A stretch of DNA of 64,000 nt from an uncultured Bifidobacteriaceae bacterium. Lineage in GTDB: Bacteria; Acidobacteriota; Vicinamibacteria; Vicinamibacterales; JAMQPK01. The DNA is taken from positions 1,197 to 65,196 of the forward strand of contig CAYHHH010000001.1 of NCBI GenBank assembly GCA_964356125.1. Direction: 5' to 3'. The notes under the pieces were generated by a model. The model searched no databases and had not been told where the DNA came from. It saw only the letters and a program-made list of their open reading frames with translations. Position 1 is the stretch's first letter, and each line of letters begins with the position of its first letter. A program made the translations under genes and the position numbers. Shown piece after piece: positions 35,307 through 44,301 of this stretch.

Positions 35307-36778
35307 TTCAGTGAGTACACTCGGAACTGCTCGTTGCGATACACGACGGGGAGATCGACGTTGTGCTCGGCCACGAGGTAATCGAGATCGTAGCGCGCGG
35401 CGAGGGCGCGCAGTTCTTCGGGCGAGAAGGAATCGAATCCGCGGGCATCGGCGATCCGCCGGAGCGCTTCGACCGCGACGTCGCGCGAATAGAGCGCCAG
35501 CGCGAGGTCCTTCACTTCTTCGAGATACACATCGCGCTCGCCGGTCACTCGCACGCTGCTGCCATACTTCCACGCATGCCCTGGATCGGCGAGCACGTGC
35601 GTGTCCGGCGGCGTTTTCGAGATCCACTGCATCGCGTCGGTCCAATTATCCTTCGGAAATCCCACTCGCGCGATCGGGTTGCCCGCGTGCTCCGCGCCCC
35701 ACACGAACGCGCCGCGGCCGACGGCGGCGGCGATGGCGATCGCCACGGCCGCGCGGCGTACTGTGATCGATCGCGGCGCTTCGGCAAACAGCCACGCGAG
35801 GTACATGGCCGCGAGGAAATCGAGCATCCAGAATACGCGCGACGTCTGCAGCTGCAGCGCCAGCGCAACGCCCGCAAGCATGAGCGGCCACGAGACGAGA
35901 AAGACCGCCACGAGCGCGGCGCCTCCAGCCAGCAAGCCCATCTCGCGTCGCGCCGCGACACCCCGCCTGCGGCGCAGCGTATACACCGCGATCGCGACCG
36001 CGAGATAGCTCAGATTCACCAGCCAGAACGAGGCGTTCCAGTCGGATGGAAACATGTAGTCCTTGCCGGCCAGCGCCGACGCCCAGAGCGGATCCATGCG
36101 AACGAGATGGCCGCGCAACGGGCCGAGGGTTACCGCCCACGCGGTGAGCACCGCGCCCATCGCTGCAACCGCGGCGAGCGGCATACGCCATCCGCGCTCC
36201 GACACGAACAGCGCAACGCCGATCATGATTGCGAACCACATGGCTGTCGTCGGATGGATCGCAAACGCGACGGTGACGAGCGCGAATGCCGCCGCGCTGC
36301 GGCCGCGTAAGAATGCGGCGATGGCCCACGCGCCGAGCGCGAACGCCAGCATCCGCGGCTGGAAATAGGACTCGAGCGAATTGGCGCCCGTCTGCGTGAT
36401 GCGATGGCGCAGCGTCAGCAGCGCCGCGAGCATCGCGACGCCCAGCCACGTCGTGTACATCACGCGGCCGATGGCGACGATCGCGCCGAACAGCAACGCG
36501 AGTCCGGCCAGGTACCCCGCGAAGAATACAGCGGGCACCGGCACGCCGGTCACCCGCACGAACGCCGCAATCGCGTCGTCGTACAGCATGAAGCGATCCT
36601 GCGCGTGCAGAATCGCGCGATCGCGCGGAAACAGATCGGGATTGAGGTGTTGCGTGACCGCGGGGATGTAGAACGCCTGGTCGCCGATGCCATAGCGGTA
36701 GCCGCCGCAGTTGAGAATGGCGACGAGGCAAAATGCCATCGCGCCCGCGGCAATTGTTGGATTCTTCGGAAGGCTCAA
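35303..36778 (-). CDS. polytopic membrane protein, GT-C-like fold (putative glycosyltransferase)
   Basis: About 11 predicted hydrophobic helices followed by a soluble C-terminal domain. No specific family recognised. Confidence 0.7.
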   Translation of the reverse strand: MSLPKNPTIAAGAMAFCLVAILNCGGYRYGIGDQAFYIPAVTQHLNPDLFPRDRAILHAQDRFMLYDDAIAAFVRVTGVPVPAVFFAGYLAGLALLFGAIVAIGRVMYTTWLGVAMLAALLTLRHRITQTGANSLESYFQPRMLAFALGAWAIAAFLRGRSAAAFALVTVAFAIHPTTAMWFAIMIGVALFVSERGWRMPLAAVAAMGAVLTAWAVTLGPLRGHLVRMDPLWASALAGKDYMFPSDWNASFWLVNLSYLAVAIAVYTLRRRRGVAARREMGLLAGGAALVAVFLVSWPLMLAGVALALQLQTSRVFWMLDFLAAMYLAWLFAEAPRSITVRRAAVAIAIAAAVGRGAFVWGAEHAGNPIARVGFPKDNWTDAMQWISKTPPDTHVLADPGHAWKYGSSVRVTGERDVYLEEVKDLALALYSRDVAVEALRRIADARGFDSFSPEELRALAARYDLDYLVAEHNVDLPVVYRNEQFRVYSLK

Positions 36779-36911
36779 CGGGCGAGGATCTTACACGACC
36801 AGATGGCAGTGGTAACACCCGACCGCGGATCAGCAGGAAGCGTGACAACGCGTGAAAGGGTGTGAAGGCTCTCTGCAGTTCTGTCGGACTGCGCCCGATA
36901 CAGTTTTGGAG

Positions 36912-37118
36912 ATGCTGTGGATCTTCGAACGAAAAGGTGAGCAGATGCGGTGCGAGATCCGCCGCGAGGGCGTGGGGGCCGGCTATGAAATGATCGTCAC
37001 GACCCCCGACGGCTCGCAGCGCATGGAACGGTTCGGCGAGACCAACGACCTCATCAAGCGCACGCTCGATCTGCAACGCGAGCTGCTCGAGAGCGGCTGG
37101 CGGCAACCGAAATCCTAA
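36912..37118 (+). CDS. hypothetical small protein (68 aa)
   Basis: Internal ATG of ORF 36852..37118. Coding-like codon pattern. Converges on lemA with a 4-nt overlap. Confidence 0.4.
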   Translation: MLWIFERKGEQMRCEIRREGVGAGYEMIVTTPDGSQRMERFGETNDLIKRTLDLQRELLESGWRQPKS

Positions 37119-37678
37119 AACGCCACCTTCGGCACCTGCTGTGCGGCCGGCGGCGCCTCGAACAGCGGGTAATCCTTGAAACTGAAAATCTTCGCCGTGA
37201 TGACGCCCGGAAACTGGCGCCGTCCCGTGTTGTACTCCTGCACGCGCTCGTTATAGCGCATCCGCTCCACTGCGATGCGGTTTTCCGTGCCCGCCAGCTC
37301 GTCCGACAGCCGGTTGAACTGTTCGTTCGCCTTGAGATTCGGATACTGCTCGACGATGACGAGCAGCCGCGCGAGCGCGGCGCTCTGCTGATTGGCCGCG
37401 GCCATCGTGTCGGCGGGCGTCTGCGCGCCGGCGAGCTTCGATCTCGATTCTGCGATCTGCTGAAACACTTCCTTCTCGTGTGACGCGTAACCCTTCACGG
37501 TCTCGACCAGGTTGGGGATGAGATCGTTGCGGCGCTGCAGCTGATTCTGCACCTGCGCCCACTGCGCCTTCACCGCTTCTTCCTGCGATACGAAGCGGTT
37601 GTAGGAACAGCCGGAGAGGAGCGCTGCCGCTACGAGAAGAACCGAGAACAGCGCGATGCGTCGCGTATAAGTTGCCAT
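37115..37678 (-). CDS. lemA: LemA family protein
   Basis: N-terminal anchor LLSGCSYNRF, then QVQNQLQRRNDLIPNLVETVKGYASHE...AVERMRYN pattern. Confidence 0.9.
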   Translation of the reverse strand: MATYTRRIALFSVLLVAAALLSGCSYNRFVSQEEAVKAQWAQVQNQLQRRNDLIPNLVETVKGYASHEKEVFQQIAESRSKLAGAQTPADTMAAANQQSAALARLLVIVEQYPNLKANEQFNRLSDELAGTENRIAVERMRYNERVQEYNTGRRQFPGVITAKIFSFKDYPLFEAPPAAQQVPKVAF

Positions 37679-37695
37679 AGAGTCATTCTACCGAA

Positions 37696-38052
37696 TCATT
37701 GCGGGTTTTCCGAACAACCAAGCGCAAAGGCGAGCGCCCGGCAAACCTCCCGCATGCGGCTATCGCCAAGTTGTGCCACTCGACGCCCGATGTCGCCCTT
37801 CGAGACTGTGACGACGTTATGAAGATTAACGGCGCACGGTTGTTTCATGCCATCGTCGGGACCGATAGCGACCTCGGAAGGGACACCGCGAATCGAGGAG
37901 GTGATCGGAGCGACTGTAATCCGAGAAAGATATCCAATGGCTGATGCGCGTGTCAGCACCAGGACAGGCCTCGGTTTGTCGGGCGCCGAAAAGGAATAAA
38001 GGCGAATTTCGCCGCGCACTATCCCTCCGGCCACGCCGCAGCCCCATCCCAC
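37696..38052 (-). CDS. mazF: type II toxin, PemK/MazF family
   Basis: RGEIRLYSF...KPRPVLVLT...ITVAPITSS...CAVNLHNVVTV pattern. Overlaps the antitoxin gene. Confidence 0.8.
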   Translation of the reverse strand: MGWGCGVAGGIVRGEIRLYSFSAPDKPRPVLVLTRASAIGYLSRITVAPITSSIRGVPSEVAIGPDDGMKQPCAVNLHNVVTVSKGDIGRRVAQLGDSRMREVCRALAFALGCSENPQ

Positions 38053-38252
38053 ACGTCGAGTTCGCCGGGCTCGATGGGGAAGGCCTCATAACCCGCGCGA
38101 TCCTGCTGTTCGCGGTCTCGGACGGCCAGCGCTTTCAGGTGCTCGCGAAGGGCCTCCCTCACCAATGCCGACCGATTGACGCGCCGGCGCCGCGCGGCTC
38201 GGTCGGCGGCCTTCAGCAGTTCCTTCCCAAGAACGATTTGAACCGTTCCCAT
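38019..38252 (-). CDS. ribbon-helix-helix (CopG-like) antitoxin
   Basis: ATG 38252 chosen. VQIVLGKELLKAADRAARRRRVNRSALVREALREHL forms the RHH. Sits directly upstream of mazF. Confidence 0.7.
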   Translation of the reverse strand: MGTVQIVLGKELLKAADRAARRRRVNRSALVREALREHLKALAVRDREQQDRAGYEAFPIEPGELDVWDGAAAWPEG

Positions 38253-38259
38253 GGTGTTG

Positions 38260-38289
38260 ATTCTACTCAACAGTAGACTCAACAGTCAA
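38260..38289 (-). promoter_or_regulatory. promoter/operator of the RHH-mazF module
   Basis: The minus strand reads TTGACT-N18-TAGAAT, with the -10 ending 7 nt before ATG 38252. Two direct ACTGTTGAGT repeats (12-nt period) overlap the spacer. Confidence 0.5.
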
Positions 38290-38298
38290 AACTGTCGA

Positions 38299-39129
38299 CT
38301 ACCACGACGCTCCACCCCCACCCCCGCCACTTCGTCCCCCGCCGAATCCCCCAAACCCTCCCCCGAATCCGCCGCCGCCGAATCCGCCGCCGCCGCCGAA
38401 CGGGCCCACGCCGCTGTTCCAGCCGCTCCACCCGCCGCCGCCCCAATGGGTGCCGCCGCGCCGCACCCGCGATCGACGGCCTCCGACACTGATCATCAGC
38501 ATGAAGATGCTGATGATCGCGAGGATGAGCCACGGGCTGAAGCGAACCTGGGGAGCGCTCTCCTGCGCCGGCATGGGCACGCTGTTGAGCGTGACGCCGC
38601 GCCCTTGCGCGATACGCCCGATGAGGCGGGTGACGCCCGCCTGCACTCCCGCGCCGTACTCGCCGCGCGCGAAGTGCGGCGCCATGTCGTTGCGGCTCAC
38701 TTCGGAGGCATAGCCGTCCGTGATGAACTGCTCGAGGTCGTAGCCCACCTCGGCCCGCACGCGCCGATCCTTCACGGCCAGCACCACGAGCAGGCCGTTG
38801 TCTTTACCTTTTTCGCCGATGCCGCGGCCGCGGTTCTCGAACATCTTGACCGCGTACTCCTGGATGTCGGCGTACGACGGCTGGAACGTGTCGATCGTGG
38901 CGACCACGACGACATCGCCCGATGCCTGTTTCAGATCGAGGATGCGCCGCTCGATCTCCGCTTTGCTCGCCGCGTCGATGACGTTCGCAAAATCGTTGAC
39001 GGGCCTGGTGAGCTCAGGCGGTAAAGGCTGACCGCTCGACAGCATCGGGAAGATCAGCACGACGAGTACGCACGCGTACACGCGTGACAGTCCTAATCCC
39101 CAATCCCTAATCCCCAATCCCTGACCCAT
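38299..39129 (-). CDS. TPM-domain protein (YgcG-like) with TM and Gly-rich tail
   Basis: VNDFANVIDAASKAEIERRILDLKQASGDVVVVATI... TPM pattern, a C-terminal TM helix and a GGGFGGGGFGGG tail. The N-terminus is partly array-encoded. Confidence 0.85.
   Translation of the reverse strand: MGQGLGIRDWGLGLSRVYACVLVVLIFPMLSSGQPLPPELTRPVNDFANVIDAASKAEIERRILDLKQASGDVVVVATIDTFQPSYADIQEYAVKMFENRGRGIGEKGKDNGLLVVLAVKDRRVRAEVGYDLEQFITDGYASEVSRNDMAPHFARGEYGAGVQAGVTRLIGRIAQGRGVTLNSVPMPAQESAPQVRFSPWLILAIISIFMLMISVGGRRSRVRRGGTHWGGGGWSGWNSGVGPFGGGGGFGGGGFGGGFGGFGGGRSGGGGGGASW
39091..39126 (+). repeat. single-arm heptamer array, CCAATCC family (inside the TPM gene N-terminus)
   Basis: TCCTAATCCCCAATCCCTAATCCCCAATCCCTGACC. 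Confidence 0.85.
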
Positions 39130-39716
39130 CAATGGGTCCACCGATCCACGTATTCCACAATCCGTTCGGCCGCGCGAAGGGCCTCCGGAAACCCTTTCTC
39201 GAAATTGTCGAGGCTCAGCTGCGTGACGAGCGCTTTGGGCGAGATGCCGTCGAGCCGCGCCACGTTTTTCACCAGTGCGCGAAACGGCGGCACCGCCGCC
39301 GCCACGAGCGCGGCGATTTTCCTGCTGTCGGCCGCAGCCTCGATGTAGCCCTCGCGCAGGTGCAGCGCGTGGCCGCGCGCCTGCACCTCGCACGCGCGGC
39401 GCAGATCCTGCTTGGGCACCACAACCTCGGCGAACAGATCTGGGCCCTCGACGATTCGGCGCGTGGCGATGATTTCGGTGAGCTCGAGCGGAAACGCATC
39501 GAGCGCGCGGCGCAGGTCGCCTTCGACGATCAGCAGCGGTGCATCCAGACCGGCTTTGTTCCACGCCGCCGCATGCGCGGCGCAGCGATCGAGGTCGGCG
39601 AGCGTCAGGCTCTGGACGACGGCGCACGTGCTCGCCTTGTCTCCGAATGCTGCAACCATCCTGAGGCGATCGCCGAAGATATCCTTCAGTTGTGCAGCCA
39701 GCGAGTCGATGCTCAT
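39129..39716 (-). CDS. hypothetical protein (possibly nucleotidyltransferase-fold-like)
   Basis: 195-aa ORF with a coding-like composition. ATGA coupling to the TPM gene. Family not recognised. Confidence 0.55.
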   Translation of the reverse strand: MSIDSLAAQLKDIFGDRLRMVAAFGDKASTCAVVQSLTLADLDRCAAHAAAWNKAGLDAPLLIVEGDLRRALDAFPLELTEIIATRRIVEGPDLFAEVVVPKQDLRRACEVQARGHALHLREGYIEAAADSRKIAALVAAAVPPFRALVKNVARLDGISPKALVTQLSLDNFEKGFPEALRAAERIVEYVDRWTH

Positions 39717-39769
39717 GCCTTCATGTTAACCGTTCACCGTAAACGGTAAACGGATAGAATGTCCTCCGA

Positions 39770-40195
39770 ATGAAGATGCGGCAGCTCAACGTCGGGTGCT
39801 TCGGCGGAGGCACCGGCCTGCCAAGCCTGCTCGGCGGATTGAAGAACAACCCGTGGCTTCGCCTCAACGCCGTCGTGACGATGTTCGACAGCGGCGGCAG
39901 CTCGGGTCAGCTTCGCGACGAGCTGGGGGTGCTGCCGCCCGGCGACGTGCTGAAGTGCGCGCTGGCGCTGGCGCGCAACGAGGCCGAGGCGCGGCGCGTG
40001 CTGCTGTCGCGCGTCCCGTCCATCGATCCCGCAGGCCGCGAGGGGGCGGCCGGCATTCGCGCGACCTTGCGGACGCCGCGGCCCCGTCATCCTCATCTCG
40101 AATCTCCTCACCGAAGGCAGCGGCATGAACGGCTTCACGGACGGCGACGGCTCGCGGCGGCGGTGTGGCTCGCGCTGGGAAAGAGACTGCTGTAA
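39770..40195 (+). pseudogene. CofD/YvcK (UPF0052) family gene remnant with internal deletion and frameshift
   Basis: The first 80 or so aa (CFGGGTGLPSLLGGLK...VTMFDSGGSSGQLRDELGVLPPGDVLKCALALA) match the family N-terminus, after which homology is lost. A family-like late segment (GPVILISNLLTEGSGMNGFTDGD) is readable only in another frame from 40080. Total length is about 140 aa against about 320 expected. Confidence 0.6.
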
Positions 40196-40196
40196 C

Positions 40197-40220
40197 GGTC
40201 CGGCTGAAGCCGGACCCTAC
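40197..40220 (-). repeat. REP-like hairpin
   Basis: GGTCCGGC-TGAA-GCCGGACCCTAC matches 19124-19147 at 22 of 24 positions. Overlaps the LigD-PE stop. Confidence 0.7.
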
Positions 40221-40915
40221 CGACGCTTCTTCGCTTTGCCCGCCTTTTTCGCCGCCGCCTTCTGAATGATGTCCTCCAGCATCTTTCCCGTCGTCCCGCT
40301 CTTGGCCGGCCGGTTCGATGTCCAGATCGCCGGCGTGTCTTCGGCGAGGATGTCGTCGAAGTCGCCGCCGCTCTTCACGCTCAGCGGCGCGAACTCCGCG
40401 ATGTCGACGGGGCCCGCCCAGTCGTCGCGATGCTTGATGAGCAGCCAGCTGCGTCCTTCGCCGTAGGGCGCCCCTTTCGTGCGCACGAGCACCCACGAGC
40501 CTTTCAGCTTGCAGCCGTCGAGCGTGAACGTGAGGTCCCCTTTCTTGAGCGCCGCCTCGACGTTGTCACCCTCGGGCGTCCATGTGCCGCGGTCCCACAG
40601 CATCACGATGCCGGCGCCGTAGCCCTCGGGGATCACGCCTTCGAATTCACCGTACTCGATCGGATGATCCTCGACGTGCATCGCGAGGCGTTTCGTTCCC
40701 GGGTCGAGCGACGGTCCTTTCGGCACGGCCCACGACAGCAGCACGCCGTTGTGTTCGAGACGGAAGTCGTAGTGCAGGTGACTGGCGAGATGTTTCTGCA
40801 CGCAGAAGAAGCGGCCGGTTGTTTTGGCGGCAGACTTGCGGATGGCGCCGGCAGCGCCGGCGGGTTCGGGGGTCTTCTGGAAGTTGCGTTTCTGTTTGTA
40901 CTTCTCTAAAGGCAT
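40217..40915 (-). CDS. DNA ligase D 3'-phosphoesterase domain protein (stand-alone)
   Basis: KRNFQKTPEP...FCVQKHLASHLHYDFRLE...SWAVPKGPS...HPIEYGEFEGVIP matches the LigD-PE pattern. Lys-rich tail. Confidence 0.9.
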   Translation of the reverse strand: MPLEKYKQKRNFQKTPEPAGAAGAIRKSAAKTTGRFFCVQKHLASHLHYDFRLEHNGVLLSWAVPKGPSLDPGTKRLAMHVEDHPIEYGEFEGVIPEGYGAGIVMLWDRGTWTPEGDNVEAALKKGDLTFTLDGCKLKGSWVLVRTKGAPYGEGRSWLLIKHRDDWAGPVDIAEFAPLSVKSGGDFDDILAEDTPAIWTSNRPAKSGTTGKMLEDIIQKAAAKKAGKAKKRR

Positions 40916-40918
40916 GAA

Positions 40919-41003
40919 CTAGGTGCGTTGGGGGCGTCAGGTGCGTTGGGTGCGCTAGGTGCGCACCCCTCGCACCTAACGCACCCCTCGCACCTAACGC
41001 ACC
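40919..41003. repeat. palindromic 9-nt-period array, ACGCACC/GGTGCGT family
   Basis: TAGGTGCGT TGGGGGCGT CAGGTGCGT TGGGTGCGC TAGGTGCGC | ACCCCTCGC ACCTAACGC ACCCCTCGC ACCTAACGC ACC. The centre is GGTGCGCACC. Confidence 0.9.
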
Positions 41004-41007
41004 AAAT

Positions 41008-41349
41008 TTACCAGCGTGGCTCTCGTCGTCCGCCGCCGCCACCACCGCCGCCGCGGTTGCCGCGCTCGAAGCCGCCGCCACCGCCGCCGCCACCACCCAT
41101 GGGCTTGGGCCGCGCCTCATTGACGACCAGGGGGCGTCCTTCCATTTTGAATTCGTTGAGCTCGGTGATCGCCTTCTGGGCTTCCTCGTCGCTGGCCATC
41201 TCGACGAAGCCAAATCCCCGCGCCCGGCCCGTGGCCATGTCGCGCATGATGCGCGCGCTCTCCACGGTCCCCGCCCGGCTGAAGAGCTCGGTGAGCTCGG
41301 TTTCGCCGGTCTGATACGGAAGGTTCCCCACGTACAGCTTGCGACCCAT
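41008..41349 (-). CDS. RNA-binding protein, RRM domain with glycine-rich tail (paralog of 33896..34258)
   Basis: ATG 41349. LYVGNL, RGFGFVEM, and a tail ending GGRREPRW identical to the paralog. Confidence 0.9.
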   Translation of the reverse strand: MGRKLYVGNLPYQTGETELTELFSRAGTVESARIMRDMATGRARGFGFVEMASDEEAQKAITELNEFKMEGRPLVVNEARPKPMGGGGGGGGGFERGNRGGGGGGGGRREPRW

Positions 41350-41381
41350 AACACTGACTCCTCGGTCCCCTGTGGGACCCA

Positions 41382-41412
41382 TAAAAAATCCCGGGCGGAC
41401 CGGACGGTCCGC
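41382..41412 (-). terminator. terminator-like hairpin plus T-run inside the leader of the second RRM gene
   Basis: The minus strand reads GCGGACC-GTCC-GGTCCGC CCGGG ATTTTTTAT. It ends 33 nt before ATG 41349 and could be the yggX terminator or an attenuator. Confidence 0.4.
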
Positions 41413-41536
41413 GCCGATCGTTCACCTCGAAGCGTTGTGTGCGGAGTGTGGAGACAGAGGCTGGGGAATCAGCTCGTTCGGCACTGCGCAGAACCCGTCG
41501 ATCAGGCGCCCGACGATTTCAGTATACGCCTTCGAC

Positions 41537-41571
41537 GTGGTTCCGGGTTCCGGTTCCAAGTTCCCGGTTCG
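41537..41571 (+). repeat. single-arm array, GGTTCC family
   Basis: GTGGTTCCGGGTTCCGGTTCCAAGTTCCCGGTTCG is close to the reverse complement of the right arm of 20432-20508. Confidence 0.8.
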
Positions 41572-41596
41572 TAAAAAAATCCGCTGTCCTAAATTG

Positions 41597-41866
41597 CTAC
41601 TTTTCGGGCTTGTATTCTGCGGGCAGCGCATCGCCGCCGCCGAAGAAGAAATCTTCCATCTGCTTGGCCATCAGCTGCTGGGCTTCCTTCTGCCACGGCA
41701 TCAAGCGGTACTCGTTGAGGATCATCTTCATGCGGTCTTCCCACATCGTCCACGCCTGCGCCGAGACGTTGTCCTGGATGCGCTTGCCGAGCTCTCCGGG
41801 CCACGGCTGTTCGTCGAGTCCGGGCAGATTCTTCTGTAATTTGGCGCAAAACACCGTTCGTGGCAT
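41597..41866 (-). CDS. yggX: Fe(2+)-trafficking / oxidative-damage protection protein
   Basis: [12 protein letters not shown]...[15 protein letters not shown]...SAQAW..W matches the YggX pattern. 89 aa. Confidence 0.9.
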   Translation of the reverse strand: MPRTVFCAKLQKNLPGLDEQPWPGELGKRIQDNVSAQAWTMWEDRMKMILNEYRLMPWQKEAQQLMAKQMEDFFFGGGDALPAEYKPEK

Positions 41867-41883
41867 GCGCCAATCCTACCACC

Positions 41884-41889
41884 TATAAT
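41884..41889 (+). promoter_or_regulatory. perfect TATAAT box 6 nt upstream of the gdh-like start codon
   Basis: TATAATGCGGCTATG. No convincing -35. Suggests a leaderless transcript. Confidence 0.35.
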
Positions 41890-41895
41890 GCGGCT

Positions 41896-43335
41896 ATGGC
41901 CGTAACGCCGAGTGTCGATCGCCGCCGTTCCGCGAATTTCGAAGACAACGTCAACGTCTATTTCGATCACGCGGCGACGTTCTCCAGGCATGCACCGGGA
42001 CTGCTCGAGCAGATCAAAGTGTGCAACTCGGTCTACGCGTTTGCCTTTCCCGTGCGCCACGCGGACGGGACCATCGAGGTCGTCCGTGCTTGGCGCGCCG
42101 AGCACAGTCACCACAAGCTGCCGACTAAGGGCGGCATCCGCTACAGCCCGCAGGTGGACGAGTCTGAAGTGAAAGCGCTCGCGGCGCTGATGACCTACAA
42201 GTGCGCGCTCGTCGACGTGCCGTTCGGCGGAGCGAAAGGCGCCGTGCAGATCGACCCCGCGCGTTACTCCGTCGAGCAGCTCGAGCGCATCACGCGCCGC
42301 TACACGCACGAGCTCGATCGCAAGCAGTTCATCGGCCCCGGCATCGACGTGCCCGCGCCCGACTACGGTACGGGCGAACGGGAGATGTCGTGGATCGCAG
42401 ACACCTATGGGCAGCTGCACACGGGCGAGCTCGAAGCGCTCGCGTGCGTCACAGGCAAGGCGGTGACCGAAGGGGGCATTTACGGCCGCCGCGAGGCGAC
42501 CGGCCGCGGCCTGATGTACGCGCTGTGCGAGGCGTGCCGCTCGGCGGAGGACATGCGCGCGCTCGGCTTGTCGGCCGGCCTCGAAGGCAAGCGGCTCGTC
42601 GTGCAGGGACTGGGCAACGTCGGCTATCACGCCGCGAAGTTCTGCCGCCAGGCAGGCGCGATCCTCGTCGGCCTCGCCGAGCGGGAAGGCGCCATCCACA
42701 ACCCGAAAGGGTTGAACGAAGACGAGGTGTTCAACTACCGCAAACGGACGGGCTCGCTGCTCGGGTTCCCCGGAGCGACGGACATTCTCCGCAGCGCCGA
42801 CGCGCTCGAGCTCGACTGTGAGGTCCTCGTTCCGGCGGCGCTCGAGAACGTGCTGACCAAGGAGAACGCCGCGCGCATCAAAGCGAAAATCATCCTCGAA
42901 GGGGCGAACGGACCGACGACCCCCGAGGCCGACGAGATTTTCCGGCAGCGGGGGATCATGGTGATCCCCGATGTCTATGCGAACGCGGGCGGCGTCACGG
43001 TATCGTACTTCGAGTGGCTGAAGAATCTGTCGCACGTGCGTCTCGGCCGTATGGACCGGCGCCGCCAGGCGGCGACAGAGCTGCGGATGCTGCAGGCGAT
43101 TGAAGTGGCCACCGGCAGGAAATTCACGCAGGCCGAACGCGACTCGTTCATCAAAGTGACCGACGAGCTCGCCATCGTCAACTCTGGCCTCGAAGACACG
43201 ATGATCGTGGCGTATCAGGACATCCGGGAGGCGCTGCGCGCGGAGCCGAAGATGGGCGACCTGCGCACGGCCGCCTTCAAGCGCGCGATCGACAAAGTGG
43301 CAGTTGTGTACGAAGAGCTGGGGATCTTCCCGTAA
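41896..43335 (+). CDS. Glu/Leu/Phe/Val dehydrogenase family (glutamate dehydrogenase-like)
   Basis: [18 protein letters not shown] and [11 protein letters not shown] Rossmann motifs. ATG 41896 preferred because GTG 41860 would overlap the divergent yggX start. Confidence 0.9.
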   Translation: MAVTPSVDRRRSANFEDNVNVYFDHAATFSRHAPGLLEQIKVCNSVYAFAFPVRHADGTIEVVRAWRAEHSHHKLPTKGGIRYSPQVDESEVKALAALMTYKCALVDVPFGGAKGAVQIDPARYSVEQLERITRRYTHELDRKQFIGPGIDVPAPDYGTGEREMSWIADTYGQLHTGELEALACVTGKAVTEGGIYGRREATGRGLMYALCEACRSAEDMRALGLSAGLEGKRLVVQGLGNVGYHAAKFCRQAGAILVGLAEREGAIHNPKGLNEDEVFNYRKRTGSLLGFPGATDILRSADALELDCEVLVPAALENVLTKENAARIKAKIILEGANGPTTPEADEIFRQRGIMVIPDVYANAGGVTVSYFEWLKNLSHVRLGRMDRRRQAATELRMLQAIEVATGRKFTQAERDSFIKVTDELAIVNSGLEDTMIVAYQDIREALRAEPKMGDLRTAAFKRAIDKVAVVYEELGIFP

Positions 43336-43595
43336 TTCACCGCAAAGACGCCACGACGCTGCGTTTCGTTACCCTTCCGTGATCCACCGCAAAGGCGCGA
43401 AGACGCAGGGTTTTCATTATTCTTAGGAGCTCTGACAAAACCCGGGCCGTGGAACTTGGCCGACGTTTCCTGCGAAGCCGTTTCGGCGTTATGCTGCGAG
43501 CTTTGCTGGGTCTGCTGAGATATGCCGGTCGGCTTACTACTAGCCCGACCAAGACTACTCAGTCATCGGCGCTTGACGATTTCTGGGAGACGGGG

Positions 43596-44036
43596 ATGAC
43601 GTTCTGGTATCTGAACCGGGCTCAATGGCGGATTATCTGGGCCGTCTACATCGTGGCGTTGTTGGCGTCCGTGAGCTGGATTTCACGGACTCCCGAAACC
43701 CGACCGGCGACCCAGCAGGAACTTCTTGAAGAACTGAACCGACGAGCACAGCGAAGAACGGAAATTGATCGTGAAATAGGAATCGTCAACCCCGAATCGG
43801 TGAGCGCGGTTCAGGAGGCGCGCCAAAAGCTCCGCATCGAGGCCGATCCTCTGTTACGCTCGCCACTCCAAGCGGATCGGACGGTCTGGGTTGAGCGACT
43901 GGATCCATCAATGAGCCTTAACACATTTCTCACGTTCCTGATTTTTGCGGGAGCGTTGGCGGTGTGGAAGCTCCAGGGCCGAAATCCGACGCAACCAGTC
44001 GAGCAAAGCCATGACGGTTCCGGAACAAGTCGCTGA
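43596..44036 (+). CDS. hypothetical membrane protein (islet)
   Basis: ATG 43596 after GGGAGA. Two hydrophobic helices flank a charged coiled segment. Lower third-position G+C than the flanks. Confidence 0.45.
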   Translation: MTFWYLNRAQWRIIWAVYIVALLASVSWISRTPETRPATQQELLEELNRRAQRRTEIDREIGIVNPESVSAVQEARQKLRIEADPLLRSPLQADRTVWVERLDPSMSLNTFLTFLIFAGALAVWKLQGRNPTQPVEQSHDGSGTSR

Positions 44037-44217
44037 ATTCCTTCGCACGGTTGCGCTGTGCGATGGATGTGTGGCCAAGCGCTTGGGGCTGCGACATCAG
44101 CAGGTCCAGCAGGCGACCTCAGGTCTTGGTGCTGGGAAGGCCGGTTTCATCAGGGGTGATGGCACATGCGTCGTGTGCGGCCAGGTCCGCAAGGTGACGC
44201 GATCGCAACACGTGTAG
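44011..44217 (+). CDS. hypothetical small CxxC...CxxC protein (islet)
   Basis: 68 aa with CDGC and CVVC pairs. Overlaps the upstream gene by 26 nt. Confidence 0.35.
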   Translation: MTVPEQVAEFLRTVALCDGCVAKRLGLRHQQVQQATSGLGAGKAGFIRGDGTCVVCGQVRKVTRSQHV

Positions 44218-44301
44218 TGACCATGGGCTGCCCAACCCGCGATGCACCAGACAGCCGCCGATGTGATCATGAGCGTCCGCTGGTGAGCGCTTGCCGTTGA
44301 T

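Noticed and set aside
43337-43552. 71-aa minus-strand ORF and the direct repeat CACCGCAAAG (43338-43347 and 43385-43394) at the left edge of the islet as an att site.
   Set aside because: The ORF is basic low-complexity sequence with no support. The 10-nt repeat is short and does not match the 18-nt repeat at the right edge, so I could not define a left border.
44281-44295. TGGTGAGCGCTTGCC upstream of the pRiA4b-like gene as a sigma-54 promoter.
   Set aside because: GG to GC spacing is 9 nt, not 10.
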